The position numbers and the translations under genes are program-made. A stretch of 64,000 nucleotides of DNA, taken from the IMG/VR virus record IMGVR_UViG_3300005613_003484, positions 2,540 through 66,539 of that record. One strand, given 5' to 3'. The notes under the pieces are model-generated. The model made no database searches and was not told the DNA's origin. It saw only the letters and a program-made list of their open reading frames with translations. This stretch comes from a virus. Below are positions 25,904 through 35,667 of the stretch, in pieces (within the stretch, counting starts at the first letter, position 1; the number at the start of each line of letters is the position of its first letter).

Positions 25904-27604
25904 TTAACCTCCTTTGCCTGATTTCCAAGATCCACCCTTTGACTTATACCATTTTGACGCCCAGGCGTTTGCATAAGCTGATGGATAAACATCAAACTTT
26001 TTCTTTGCAAGAGTCTTTGCCTGAGACCAGAGACTTGAATTGGTTGGAGAATTTTCTTCGATGAAGTATTCTTCAGATTGTGCTCTCTTTAGATGCTCTT
26101 TACTCTTCTCAAGTTCCTGCATGTATTTGTCTCTAAACTTCCCCTTTTGCTTCATCATTTTAATAAGATATTCTCTACTTGGAGTAGAAGCAGATTCCAT
26201 GGGATTGATTTTAACTTTATTATTAACTTTTCTATTATCCGTCACTTTTTTTGCAGTTTCGGAATCAACCTCACCATTCATTTGCTCAAAGAATTCCTCT
26301 CTCCAATCATAGAATTGAGTTGATTCATTCTTAGAATACTTTTTCTCAGGAAGTCCCTTATGTTTAGTTGAAGCAAACTTTTTCGCCTCTTTTCCTGTTA
26401 TTGAAGATGCCGCTTTGGCAACTTCAGGAGAAGGCGCTTTCATTTCACCTTTTTTTACAGCATGAACCATGCCCATAAATTTTTGCTGCTTTTTGCTTAC
26501 AGCTTTCTCAGATAGTTCTAGATCTTCTTTAACCCTTCTCTTCTTAATTGCTTTTCCGATGGCCTTTCTTCTCTTGTGAAGATACTTATCAGATTTATCC
26601 ACATCACCATCATTGTCAATATCAGAATCTTCTTGACCCACTGGATCAAGTGATTCTTTCATACCTTCATTTTCATCTTCATCCTCAAGTTTAAGTTCAT
26701 CAGGAGCATACTTTACCTTTTTACCATCTTCACGCTTAACAGTATAATACTTACCTTTTTCTTCAGGACCAACCTTTACAACTTCACCTTCCATCCCACT
26801 ATTTTTACAAATGACTTCATCACCAACTTTGAAATGGGATTCATGAACACCATTCATTTCTTCTTCCTTTCTCTTACCAAAGGTTTTATGAACCAGTTTA
26901 TCTAACTTTTTATGAAACTTAGTTTCTGATGCTTTACTTGCACCGCCATTCTTTGCTTCTTTCACATCATCTTTTTTCTTTTCATCTTTCTCTTTTTCAG
27001 AAGTCTTTCCAGCAGTTACAGCCGCTGTCTGTTCACCTCTCTCTGCTTCACCCTCATATGGTTCACCATATTCAGTCATTTCGACTGAAGAGATATTTGG
27101 ATTTGCTCTTAACTGAGCAATTTTTTGTCTGGTTGCATAACGAACATAAGTTCTTCCAGTTGCTTTATCAGTAACACGAACTTTATATTTTTTATCAGGA
27201 CCTTCGCCTTTAAATGCTTCACCTACAGGTTCCCCATACTTATTCTTATTATACATTGGGGATTGTAGCAGACTCTTAAGTCTGGCAGTTCTCTTTTTAC
27301 TATTTGCAATAATTGCTTTTTGAACAGGACCATATGCCTCACCAAAAAGTCTCTTTTTAACTTCAGACTTTTCTGGACCGCTCATAGAGGTGTTGGACAT
27401 ATACTGATTATATGCCGCTTGTAATTCGATACCTTCTCTACGGGCACGATAACGAATATCATATACAGCTTGACGAATCTTCTTAGCAGACTTCTCTTCA
27501 GTGGTGCCACCACCAGAGTCTTGCGTCTTTTGTCTATCAGATGGGGATACTACTGGACCTCCAACTTTTCTAGCTGGCAATTCTTCAAAAAAGGTTTTAT
27601 TCAT
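25904..27604 (-). CDS. multi-module late protein (DUF3008-like, SH3-like and DxDxDG modules)
   Basis: 566-aa ORF made of short basic modules separated by hydrophobic-X-E sites. Confidence 0.75.
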   Translation of the reverse strand: MNKTFFEELPARKVGGPVVSPSDRQKTQDSGGGTTEEKSAKKIRQAVYDIRYRARREGIELQAAYNQYMSNTSMSGPEKSEVKKRLFGEAYGPVQKAIIANSKKRTARLKSLLQSPMYNKNKYGEPVGEAFKGEGPDKKYKVRVTDKATGRTYVRYATRQKIAQLRANPNISSVEMTEYGEPYEGEAERGEQTAAVTAGKTSEKEKDEKKKDDVKEAKNGGASKASETKFHKKLDKLVHKTFGKRKEEEMNGVHESHFKVGDEVICKNSGMEGEVVKVGPEEKGKYYTVKREDGKKVKYAPDELKLEDEDENEGMKESLDPVGQEDSDIDNDGDVDKSDKYLHKRRKAIGKAIKKRRVKEDLELSEKAVSKKQQKFMGMVHAVKKGEMKAPSPEVAKAASSITGKEAKKFASTKHKGLPEKKYSKNESTQFYDWREEFFEQMNGEVDSETAKKVTDNRKVNNKVKINPMESASTPSREYLIKMMKQKGKFRDKYMQELEKSKEHLKRAQSEEYFIEENSPTNSSLWSQAKTLAKKKFDVYPSAYANAWASKWYKSKGGSWKSGKGG

Positions 27605-28620
27605 TTCCTTTTAATTTTACGCTTTTTTGTACTTTTATTTATGAATGACTGAATCTTCTCCCTAGGAGTCATCCTTTGAACATATTCACGATAGGAGTCT
27701 GTTCCCACTTCATAAACTTCATTTAGGTCTTTAATCCATGATTTGAAGAGATAACCTTCTCTTGTAACACAAATGATATAATTTGTTCCTCTTCTAATAA
27801 TCTTTCCGATGAACCCAGTATTTAAGTTTTCTACCAAAGATCCAACTTGAAAGATTTTGCCATTTACAAAGTTTTCACGCAAACCATTCCAATCAAATTT
27901 TGGAGCAACTTCCCATAGATTATATTTGATGTTTGCATCAACACCCATTTGATTGCAGACTTCCACATATAGTTTTTTCACATCTCTAGTCTTCAGGTTT
28001 TTTGAGATGCCTGATGAGAATGCTTTGAAATCATTATTCAAAACAGCCTCTCTCAGTTTTGATGAAGAAATACCTTCAACACCTTTTGAGTTTGAATCCC
28101 TCTTTCCAGCATTGATAATATTAATCTCTTCAAATGAATACAACTTACCATTATACTTTTGCGTTAGATTTGAATACTCTGATACTCTATCGTCACCAGC
28201 TACAATATTGACTTTGCGATATCCCAACTCATGTGCTTCTTTTAGAATATCAAAAATGGTTCTAATACCTGTATCATATACAATATTCTCAGCATGAGAT
28301 GGGAACATTTTTTTCATAAACTCAACTTTTGTCTTTGAGTCTAGTGGATTTATTTTCTTATCTTGTGTATGACTTGGATATATCTTATATTCACCTTCTT
28401 CTCCTGCAATTTGCTCAGCAAGAGTAAAAAGTCTTTCATGGCCAATTGTTGGTGGATTGAATCTTCCATATGCAACTGTCAGGGATTCGTTCACTTTTGG
28501 TTTTTCATAGGTCATCTTATCCCTAGAGTACTTCTGCCCACGATTCTTGTCAAGGGAAATTGGTTCCGATTTCTCGGAAATGCCATAAGCGTTTTTTATG
28601 AAAGATTTAAAAGTTTTCAT
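27601..28620 (-). CDS. cytidylyltransferase-like (HIGH-fold) protein
   Basis: GRFNPPTIGH, NPLD...K, VAGDDR, ISSSKLR; N-terminus MKTFKSFI. Confidence 0.85.
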   Translation of the reverse strand: MKTFKSFIKNAYGISEKSEPISLDKNRGQKYSRDKMTYEKPKVNESLTVAYGRFNPPTIGHERLFTLAEQIAGEEGEYKIYPSHTQDKKINPLDSKTKVEFMKKMFPSHAENIVYDTGIRTIFDILKEAHELGYRKVNIVAGDDRVSEYSNLTQKYNGKLYSFEEINIINAGKRDSNSKGVEGISSSKLREAVLNNDFKAFSSGISKNLKTRDVKKLYVEVCNQMGVDANIKYNLWEVAPKFDWNGLRENFVNGKIFQVGSLVENLNTGFIGKIIRRGTNYIICVTREGYLFKSWIKDLNEVYEVGTDSYREYVQRMTPREKIQSFINKSTKKRKIKRK

Positions 28621-28624
28621 TATT

Positions 28625-29329
28625 TCAAAATTCAACTATGAGAGCGTTCCCTGGTGGACGAGAAACTACGACTATTCTAGAAGAAGATCCCTCACTTGGA
28701 GATTTCCCCAATATTGTGGGATATCCATATCTATTTTTTGATTCTGGATCAAATCTTTGATCAGATCTCCTTTTCCTCAACCTCAAATATAAGTTTTCAG
28801 ACTTTGCAAAAGACCTTGCATCAATCAATCGGCCATTCAAAGTCAATCTTCCAGGACTTTGATTGGAGGAAACATTCATGGAACCAATATACAGATAATT
28901 AATTGGACCTCCAATTGCAGGTGTACCAAGAACAATCTCTTCTTTATATTCCTCGCTTATTTTACCATACACATCTCCAATATTATCACCCTCTTCATAT
29001 CCTTCTGAAATTAAACGTTTATTTGCTGCTTCTAAAAACCTACCAACAAGACCAGGATAAGATTTTTCTATTCCCCTTAAACCTCCTCCAGCAATACTTG
29101 GTGTATTTGTCCCTTTCATTGAAATCTTATAAGTTTCATTTTTTGTCTGAAGGGCGACATCAGGATACTGTTCATTGCCCGCGAATGTTCTTCCCGAAAT
29201 CTTTTCGGCAGAAATCACATTTTGTATTCTGGTTGATCCAGCGACTAAAAGAAATGGTTTTTGGGAAACTTTATAATAATCATTTATGATACGAATAAAT
29301 CCTAATTCTTGTCTCTGCAAGAGATTCAT
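28625..29329 (-). CDS. putative PD-(D/E)xK-type endonuclease
   Basis: YPDVAL...KISMK pattern; preceded by a late promoter inside a terminator. Confidence 0.55.
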   Translation of the reverse strand: MNLLQRQELGFIRIINDYYKVSQKPFLLVAGSTRIQNVISAEKISGRTFAGNEQYPDVALQTKNETYKISMKGTNTPSIAGGGLRGIEKSYPGLVGRFLEAANKRLISEGYEEGDNIGDVYGKISEEYKEEIVLGTPAIGGPINYLYIGSMNVSSNQSPGRLTLNGRLIDARSFAKSENLYLRLRKRRSDQRFDPESKNRYGYPTILGKSPSEGSSSRIVVVSRPPGNALIVEF

Positions 29330-29332
29330 AAG

Positions 29333-29369
29333 ATAAAAAAAAAATCCCTCTAGTTATTTAGAGGGATTT
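29333..29369 (-). terminator. mazG terminator containing late-promoter box CTAAATA
   Basis: AAATCCCTCTA-aataac-TAGAGGGATTT followed by a T run. Confidence 0.75.
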
Positions 29370-29374
29370 CAAAA

Positions 29375-29785
29375 TCAGCGATCATCAGCAGATCTATTTT
29401 CTGAGTAATAAACATCAAAGTCACCACCTGGATAGCGTTTCATTAACTTTTTGACGTTTGTTTCAATCACATCATCAAAAGAAACTCCAAGAGCAACACA
29501 TGCTTGGGCGACATACCACATTACGTCACCAAGTTCAATCTTAAGATGTTCTAGATTATCTTCATTGGCAGGTTTTCCTTGGAAGATAATCTTTTTAACA
29601 ATCTCCATAAATTCTCCACCTTCTGCAGAAATGCCAACAGCAGCAGTTAGAAGACGTTGAATTGGAACACCCTCTTCATTAAGAACGGCTAGTCTTTGAG
29701 CAAAGTCAAAATAATTCTTTGATGGATCACTTGTTACTGCATCTACAAATTCTTGATATCGATTAAAATTTACTTGCTTAGTCAT
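29375..29785 (-). CDS. mazG: MazG nucleotide pyrophosphohydrolase
   Basis: GISAEGGEFMEIVKK, ELGDVMWY, NVKKLMKRYP. Confidence 0.93.
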   Translation of the reverse strand: MTKQVNFNRYQEFVDAVTSDPSKNYFDFAQRLAVLNEEGVPIQRLLTAAVGISAEGGEFMEIVKKIIFQGKPANEDNLEHLKIELGDVMWYVAQACVALGVSFDDVIETNVKKLMKRYPGGDFDVYYSENRSADDR

Positions 29786-30071
29786 GATAGTTTGTGATAA
29801 AAGGTTCTAATTCTGATTGTGGTAAAACTTGTTGCATTGGAAGTTCAAGATCGGGACTTACCCTAACATAAGGAACATCCACGGTTTTTGGAGTTGGTGG
29901 AAGAAGAACTGTTACATATGTAAATCCCGGATGCATTTCACATAAAGAAATTGCATCTCTTTCTGAACCACAGTGACAATATCGAAGTCCATCAATATTT
30001 CTGACTTCATAATATCTAGGATTATACTCCATGGATAATCCATTTTCATTTTTAAGATTTAAATCACTCAA
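29778..30071 (-). CDS. hypothetical protein
   Basis: 97-aa ORF translationally coupled between gp41 and mazG. Confidence 0.65.
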   Translation of the reverse strand: MSDLNLKNENGLSMEYNPRYYEVRNIDGLRYCHCGSERDAISLCEMHPGFTYVTVLLPPTPKTVDVPYVRVSPDLELPMQQVLPQSELEPFITNYHD

Positions 30072-31435
30072 AATTGAAATCCCTTAAACTTGTCTTTCGG
30101 ATCTTCATCATTATACTCCTCATCTTTTCCACTGTCAACTAGTGTTTGTTCTGATTGTTCACAGTCATAGATACGCATTTTAGCACGATCAATACCGAGA
30201 ACAAATCTCTTATGCATTGTTGGATCATTATAGCGATTCTTTAATTGTTTCACCATAATTTGTCCCAACTCCTCAAGCTCATCTGTTTTAATAAGGGCAA
30301 GCATAAGATCAGCAGTAGCAGGGAGACCAAAGGATTCAGAAGTGTCAGTAAGGTCAATGTCAGAGCTAGAATAACCAGAACGAGTGGTCTGCGTGGCAGA
30401 AACGATAGGGACGTTTGCTTCACAAGCCAACCCTCTAAGTTCTTCTGCAATTGACTTAATATACGAATAAGAATTAACAGAGCTATTTCCCCGATACCTG
30501 CTGGAAGCACAAATATTAAGGTAATCGATAAAAATGATATTAGGTCTAAATGACTTTTTAAGTGCAAGTTCATTAAGAAGTGCCTTAAAGTGTCCACTAT
30601 GAGCAGAAGCAGTAGGATACTCTTTAATTATAAGATTACCTTGAGTCTTTTTCATAAGAGAATTGACCTTACTCTCAAACATTGGTTTGGGAAGATCTGC
30701 AAGTTCTTGAATATTAATATTCAAAAGGTTTGCATCGATTCTCTCTGCAATCTTCTCTTCTGCCATCTCAAGAGTGATATAAAGTACGTTATATCCCTGC
30801 AGAAGACATGCAGAAGCCATGTGACACATGAAAAGAGATTTGCCTACACCAGTTCCAGCAAGAGCAATGTTAAGTGTTTTATTTGGAAGACCACCTTTAG
30901 TAATTTTGTTAAGGTAATCAATATCAAAAGGAATACGATCTTCTTTTCGATGATATGACTCAAATCTCTCTTGATAGTCCTGAAGATAATCATGGCCGAT
31001 ATGATTATCAAAAGATACTGCCAATGCAGTACTCAAGATATTTGGAATAGCATCCCGACTCTTTTTCTCATCCTTACCATCAGCAATGTAAATTGATTCC
31101 ATCAGTGCAAGATAGATTGCACGATCCCGACACCACTTTTCAGTAGAGTCCATCAACCATTGCTGATCTGCTGGATTCTCATCAAGTTTTTCAATACATT
31201 TTTTTGCAGTCTTGATATCTTCATCACTCAAATCAGAACGATTTGAAATCTCAATCTCAAGAGCTTCTAGACTAATCAAACTATCATAATTTACTACAAA
31301 TTCAGCAATCTCTAAAAAGATTGTTTTTTGAACTCTATCCTCAAAATATTCTGGTTGAATGAATGGAATAACTTTTCTGGTGTAATCATCATTGTGAATT
31401 AGATTTCTTAGAATTGTGATTTCAATTTGTTCCAT
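30068..31435 (-). CDS. gp41: replicative helicase (T4 gp41)
   Basis: AGTGVGKS, TLEMAEE, IDYLN, SESFGLPATAD, KNRY. Confidence 0.96.
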   Translation of the reverse strand: MEQIEITILRNLIHNDDYTRKVIPFIQPEYFEDRVQKTIFLEIAEFVVNYDSLISLEALEIEISNRSDLSDEDIKTAKKCIEKLDENPADQQWLMDSTEKWCRDRAIYLALMESIYIADGKDEKKSRDAIPNILSTALAVSFDNHIGHDYLQDYQERFESYHRKEDRIPFDIDYLNKITKGGLPNKTLNIALAGTGVGKSLFMCHMASACLLQGYNVLYITLEMAEEKIAERIDANLLNINIQELADLPKPMFESKVNSLMKKTQGNLIIKEYPTASAHSGHFKALLNELALKKSFRPNIIFIDYLNICASSRYRGNSSVNSYSYIKSIAEELRGLACEANVPIVSATQTTRSGYSSSDIDLTDTSESFGLPATADLMLALIKTDELEELGQIMVKQLKNRYNDPTMHKRFVLGIDRAKMRIYDCEQSEQTLVDSGKDEEYNDEDPKDKFKGFQF

Positions 31436-32439
31436 CAAGACCCATAACTAAACTCTTTCTTTGCAATCTCATCCAGTTGTTGCATTACTTCTTCAGTGAA
31501 ATACTTTTCGGGGTTTTTGTAAATTTCTTTGGCATAGATTTTCTTTCCGTCAATCTCATAACGACCCGCCACATTCTTCCAAAGTCCACCGATTTCTCCA
31601 AGCTCCAAGAGACCATAGAATCGGTCCAATCCCCTCTCATCATAGTATAACCTAATCTCAACGTCTTTGTTCTCTTTACTTAAACGCGACTTAGCAGTCT
31701 TTGCCTTGATAATGTTTCCAATGATTTCCGTTCCATCCTTCTCCTTTTTCTTGCTAAGATAAATGATCGTAGAGGCAGCGTACTTAAGACCGCTACCACC
31801 ACCCATTTCTTTTGTAGGAACATAAGCACCGATGACATCGTAGGTATGATTGGTTACAATCATTGGAATGTTTGCTTGACCCAACTTCAGAGTTAGCATT
31901 CTAAAAGCACCCTTGACCAGTTGGGATTTGGTCATATCACGAACTTGTTTATCGTTGAGTGCATCAGTAATCTCCTTTTCGGTAGAAAGCATACCTAAGG
32001 AGTCTAACACAAAAATGCAAGGTTTGCGTTCTTCTGCTGGTTTCTTTAAGTATATATCAACTGCTTTAAGTGCCTTCGATCTAAAGTCCTCAATTGTAAC
32101 AACGTTTACAACAACAGTTCGATCAAGATCTAATCCACGATTCTCTAGAAGAGACTTGTTAACTGCAGCTTCTGTGTCAAAGTATAAACAGTACCCATCA
32201 GGATGAGTATCAAGAAAATTCTTGACGACAGCAAGGCTGAAAAAGGTTTTGCCAGTAGAAGACTCACCAGCAATGGCAGTAATCTTATTACCAGATACAC
32301 CGCCAAATACACTACCTGAAACCAGTGCATTAAAAATGTACGAACCTGTGTCCACATAAGTTTCAGTCTCATCAATATCTGATGCGAGTTTTGTGAAGTC
32401 ATCGCCAATTTCTTTTACGATATCTTTTAAGAAGTCCAT
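31435..32439 (-). CDS. uvsX: RecA-like recombinase
   Basis: GESSTGKT, YFDTE, LDSLG, MGGGSGLKY. Confidence 0.96.
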   Translation of the reverse strand: MDFLKDIVKEIGDDFTKLASDIDETETYVDTGSYIFNALVSGSVFGGVSGNKITAIAGESSTGKTFFSLAVVKNFLDTHPDGYCLYFDTEAAVNKSLLENRGLDLDRTVVVNVVTIEDFRSKALKAVDIYLKKPAEERKPCIFVLDSLGMLSTEKEITDALNDKQVRDMTKSQLVKGAFRMLTLKLGQANIPMIVTNHTYDVIGAYVPTKEMGGGSGLKYAASTIIYLSKKKEKDGTEIIGNIIKAKTAKSRLSKENKDVEIRLYYDERGLDRFYGLLELGEIGGLWKNVAGRYEIDGKKIYAKEIYKNPEKYFTEEVMQQLDEIAKKEFSYGS

Positions 32440-33785
32440 TATGCAAAAAAGCTCTCCAAGCTAATAGTTTTTTCTACAGACCAACCAATTGCATCGAGAA
32501 TTGCCCTTAGAGGTTCTACAAATGCCTTGTCAAATTGTAGTTCATGGTCAACGTATTTGTCAAGACCAAGTTCTTTGGGGAAGTCTTGAATGAAGGAAAA
32601 TATGTTCTCATGAATAATATTTGGAACCTTCAGGTAACAGAATTTAATTTTCTCCCCATTCTGAATTAAGGAATACTTGTTTGTCAGTTTCTTTTCCTTT
32701 ATGTAGTGATTATACAAAAGAGCACCACGAACATGAATTGGAGTCCCCTTTCTGTAAATTGTTTTCTTGTCTTGGAACTTTTCAACATCACTTACAGAAC
32801 GTGGGAATGAAATTTCTTCAGCTGAAAGTTTCTTGAAATCCTTTCTTGACTTCTCAATAAAGTTAATCACATCATCTTCAGTGCCGACCATGACAAGTTT
32901 AAGTGCATCCTTAATCATCTTACGGCAAGGTGCTGGAGTCGAAGACTTAACTGCTTCGATGCCCATAATCTTGAGTTTTGGTTCTTCATAACGAACACCC
33001 TCACTATCCCATACATTGAGAATATAACGCTTCTTCGCAGTCCAAATACCACGATCAGCGATATTCTCTCTCTTCATTTGCATTTTTTGTTCATACGCCG
33101 AAACGTAGTCCGCAAGTTCCTGATAACTAGCGTCGATGAACGGTTCCAATTTATCTTTGCAGATCTTATCAAGTATGTCAACAATTGCTGCTTTATCGCC
33201 AGATTTATTAGCAAAAAATTTAGAAACAAGAGGTCCAAGGTTAAGATAAATTGAGTCAGTGTCAGATGCGATGACATAATCTACACCTTCGGTTTTTAAA
33301 AGGTTATTTAGATATGCATTCATCTTATTCTCAATCCATCGGATTGACACTTGTCCCGATAGTGTAATTGCCTCTGCGTTTGCAAGTTTATAATACCTAA
33401 AGTATTGATTCCCAATGGCACCATAAGCAGAGTTCAAAGAAATCTTTTTTGCCATCTGAATATTATTACATCTAGCAATTTCTTTCTTAACTTTCTCCGA
33501 GGGATTTTTTTCATACTCTTTTTTAGCTTGAATCATTCTCTTTTTGAAAACGACTCGTTCACTGTACATTTTATCCATAAGTTCAGGAAGCATACCCTTT
33601 ACTTTACGATAGAGTGCCCCGTTTGCAGTCATAGTAAGATTTACCTTCTTTAAAGGTTCTAAATCCAAATTTTGATTGAGAAGTTTATCAACATTTACTT
33701 GATTAGAAAGTTCCATTACTTTCTTAAGTGCTTCCAATTCTTCTTTAATCTCTTGAGGGGACATTTGTCGGACATCTTTCCACAT
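32439..33785 (-). CDS. gp43: DNA polymerase gp43, C-terminal part (fingers/palm/thumb)
   Basis: KISLNSAYG (motif B), ASDTDS (motif C), KKRY; ATG at 33785 with GGAG SD. Confidence 0.92.
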   Translation of the reverse strand: MWKDVRQMSPQEIKEELEALKKVMELSNQVNVDKLLNQNLDLEPLKKVNLTMTANGALYRKVKGMLPELMDKMYSERVVFKKRMIQAKKEYEKNPSEKVKKEIARCNNIQMAKKISLNSAYGAIGNQYFRYYKLANAEAITLSGQVSIRWIENKMNAYLNNLLKTEGVDYVIASDTDSIYLNLGPLVSKFFANKSGDKAAIVDILDKICKDKLEPFIDASYQELADYVSAYEQKMQMKRENIADRGIWTAKKRYILNVWDSEGVRYEEPKLKIMGIEAVKSSTPAPCRKMIKDALKLVMVGTEDDVINFIEKSRKDFKKLSAEEISFPRSVSDVEKFQDKKTIYRKGTPIHVRGALLYNHYIKEKKLTNKYSLIQNGEKIKFCYLKVPNIIHENIFSFIQDFPKELGLDKYVDHELQFDKAFVEPLRAILDAIGWSVEKTISLESFFA

Positions 33786-33786
33786 A

Positions 33787-34353
33787 TTATATCTCCACAA
33801 CTTTATTATGTTTTTTGCGGTTTTCACTCATAGTAATAATTTGTAAGTTTTCTTCGTGATGCTTTCCACCTTTAGAAATTGGAATAATGTGATCTACTTC
33901 GTGAGGAATGTTAGTTTCTTTGGTTAGTCGTTTTGCCTCACAATAGATTTCATGTATCTTTTCTTGATCTGCAGTTTCGTCAAAAGCATCTTTCATTCTA
34001 CATCTTCTACGAGCAGCAACAGAATTTAATACTGCCCTCTTATGATCCTCACCCAAATATCTAAATTTTGTAGAGCAAGAATGAGAACAAAACCGAAGTT
34101 TCCATTTTTCATTTATTGCTCTAAATCTACTAACCATAAATTCAATTCCACAATTTTCACAATAAAGAACTTCTTTTCTTTCTTTGTTTTTATTTTCCAG
34201 ATGTTTAGGTTTTTGTAAATTGAACTTTTTTATTTTTTGTTTTATAAGTGGATCAGAGCATCCAAAAAATTCGGCACATTCTTTACGACTTTTGTTTTCA
34301 ATAATATAAAGTTGATGTAGTTGTTCTTTTGTTATATTAAATTTTGGTTGCAT
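33787..34353 (-). mobile_element. free-standing HNH homing endonuclease splitting gp43
   Basis: HTH-like N-terminus, CENC...FCSHSC Zn site, HEVDHIIPISKGGKH..ENLQ.....N; own TATAAATA at about 34375-34382. Confidence 0.88.
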
Positions 34354-34395
34354 TTAATTTTATCCACACTTTATTATTTATAAGGTGAGGATATT

Positions 34396-35667
34396 CTACA
34401 ACATTTTTTCTAACTCTGCAATACGGTTATTAAGTTCGTGCTTTTCAACAAGTGTTTCTGGTGAAATTGCGTACTGCATGATCAAATGCGGATACAGTGA
34501 GTTAAGGTCAAAACTGACCACATAATCATATCTTCCAGGAATTGGTTCCTTCACATAGGCACCAGCATACTTGTCATCTTTATTACCACCAGTCTTTGGT
34601 GGAATTACGATATTCTTTCTCTTCAAGTAGTTGTAGATAATTGCATCCCACATACGAACTTGATAAAACACATCGTTATAGTTGACCTTTGCATCATAGG
34701 CCATCGTCAGAGCAAGTTCAATCAATTTCATCTTGTCTTCCAAACGGTCAACAAGTTCTACGTCGATGATATTATACTCTACAAACTTCTGCCAATTATT
34801 TGTGTAGAAATCTTTAAAAGTATCAAACTCTGAGTGATCTAGTTTCTTTTGGCCAAGTTCAACGAATGCAATATGATCCAGTCGATATGACTCTTGATTT
34901 GTATAAGTGAATTTTTTATAAAGATTCAAATAATCCAATTGAGTAATTCCACCAACATCAATACTGATGTTCTTTCTCCCAGAGATAAAAACCTCCTTTT
35001 CTGTTACAAGACCCCATGGAGAAAGTCTTTTCATGAGTTTCTCACCCAGAACACGATTCATACGCCTTGTAATATAAGGCATATCATAGAGTTCAATATT
35101 CCATCCAGTCACAATGTCTGGGGTATTATCCATCCACCAATGAATAAAGTCATTAAGAAGATCGTACTCAGAATGAAACTGGCGGAATTTGACTTTTGGA
35201 TTTGTGCTATTAAATGGACCAAGACCCCAGGTAATAATATTCTTTGTAGTATAATCTTGAATCGTAATCAGAAGAATTTCTTCAGATACATTAAAGACAT
35301 CTGGGAATCCGTTTTCTGATGCAACCTCAATATCTAAACTATAAAGAGAGATTTTTGAAATATCAAAGTTGATGTGATCTTCTGGATACTTATCGGAGAT
35401 GTATTGATAGATAAACCTCTCATTACCATAAATGGTAAAATCATCGACGCCATCATACTTCTTAATAAAATCCCGACACTCACGAACAGATCCTGGTTGA
35501 ATTGCTTCAACATAGTGCCCATCTAAAGTTTTGTACTTTGTTTTCTTTTTTGAAGATACAAAAAGAGTCGGATTGAATTTCTCTCTGGTCATGAAACTTT
35601 TTCCGTTTTCATAACCCCTGACAAGAAATTGGTCTCCGACCATTTGAATGTTTGTGTAAAATCTCAT
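34396..35667 (-). CDS. gp43: DNA polymerase gp43, N-terminal part (exonuclease and motif A)
   Basis: DIEV, GWNIELYD, YNIID, SFDLNSLYPH; stops shortly after ISPETL. Confidence 0.92.
   Translation of the reverse strand: MRFYTNIQMVGDQFLVRGYENGKSFMTREKFNPTLFVSSKKKTKYKTLDGHYVEAIQPGSVRECRDFIKKYDGVDDFTIYGNERFIYQYISDKYPEDHINFDISKISLYSLDIEVASENGFPDVFNVSEEILLITIQDYTTKNIITWGLGPFNSTNPKVKFRQFHSEYDLLNDFIHWWMDNTPDIVTGWNIELYDMPYITRRMNRVLGEKLMKRLSPWGLVTEKEVFISGRKNISIDVGGITQLDYLNLYKKFTYTNQESYRLDHIAFVELGQKKLDHSEFDTFKDFYTNNWQKFVEYNIIDVELVDRLEDKMKLIELALTMAYDAKVNYNDVFYQVRMWDAIIYNYLKRKNIVIPPKTGGNKDDKYAGAYVKEPIPGRYDYVVSFDLNSLYPHLIMQYAISPETLVEKHELNNRIAELEKML

Noticed and set aside
20616-31435. Inteins or introns in nrdA, primase or gp41 (gp17 also checked)
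   Set aside because: All have normal lengths and continuous motifs.
33787-34395. Group I intron or split intein in gp43
   Set aside because: The gap is almost all HNH coding sequence, with no room for P3-P9 core elements, and no intein terminal residues are present on either half.
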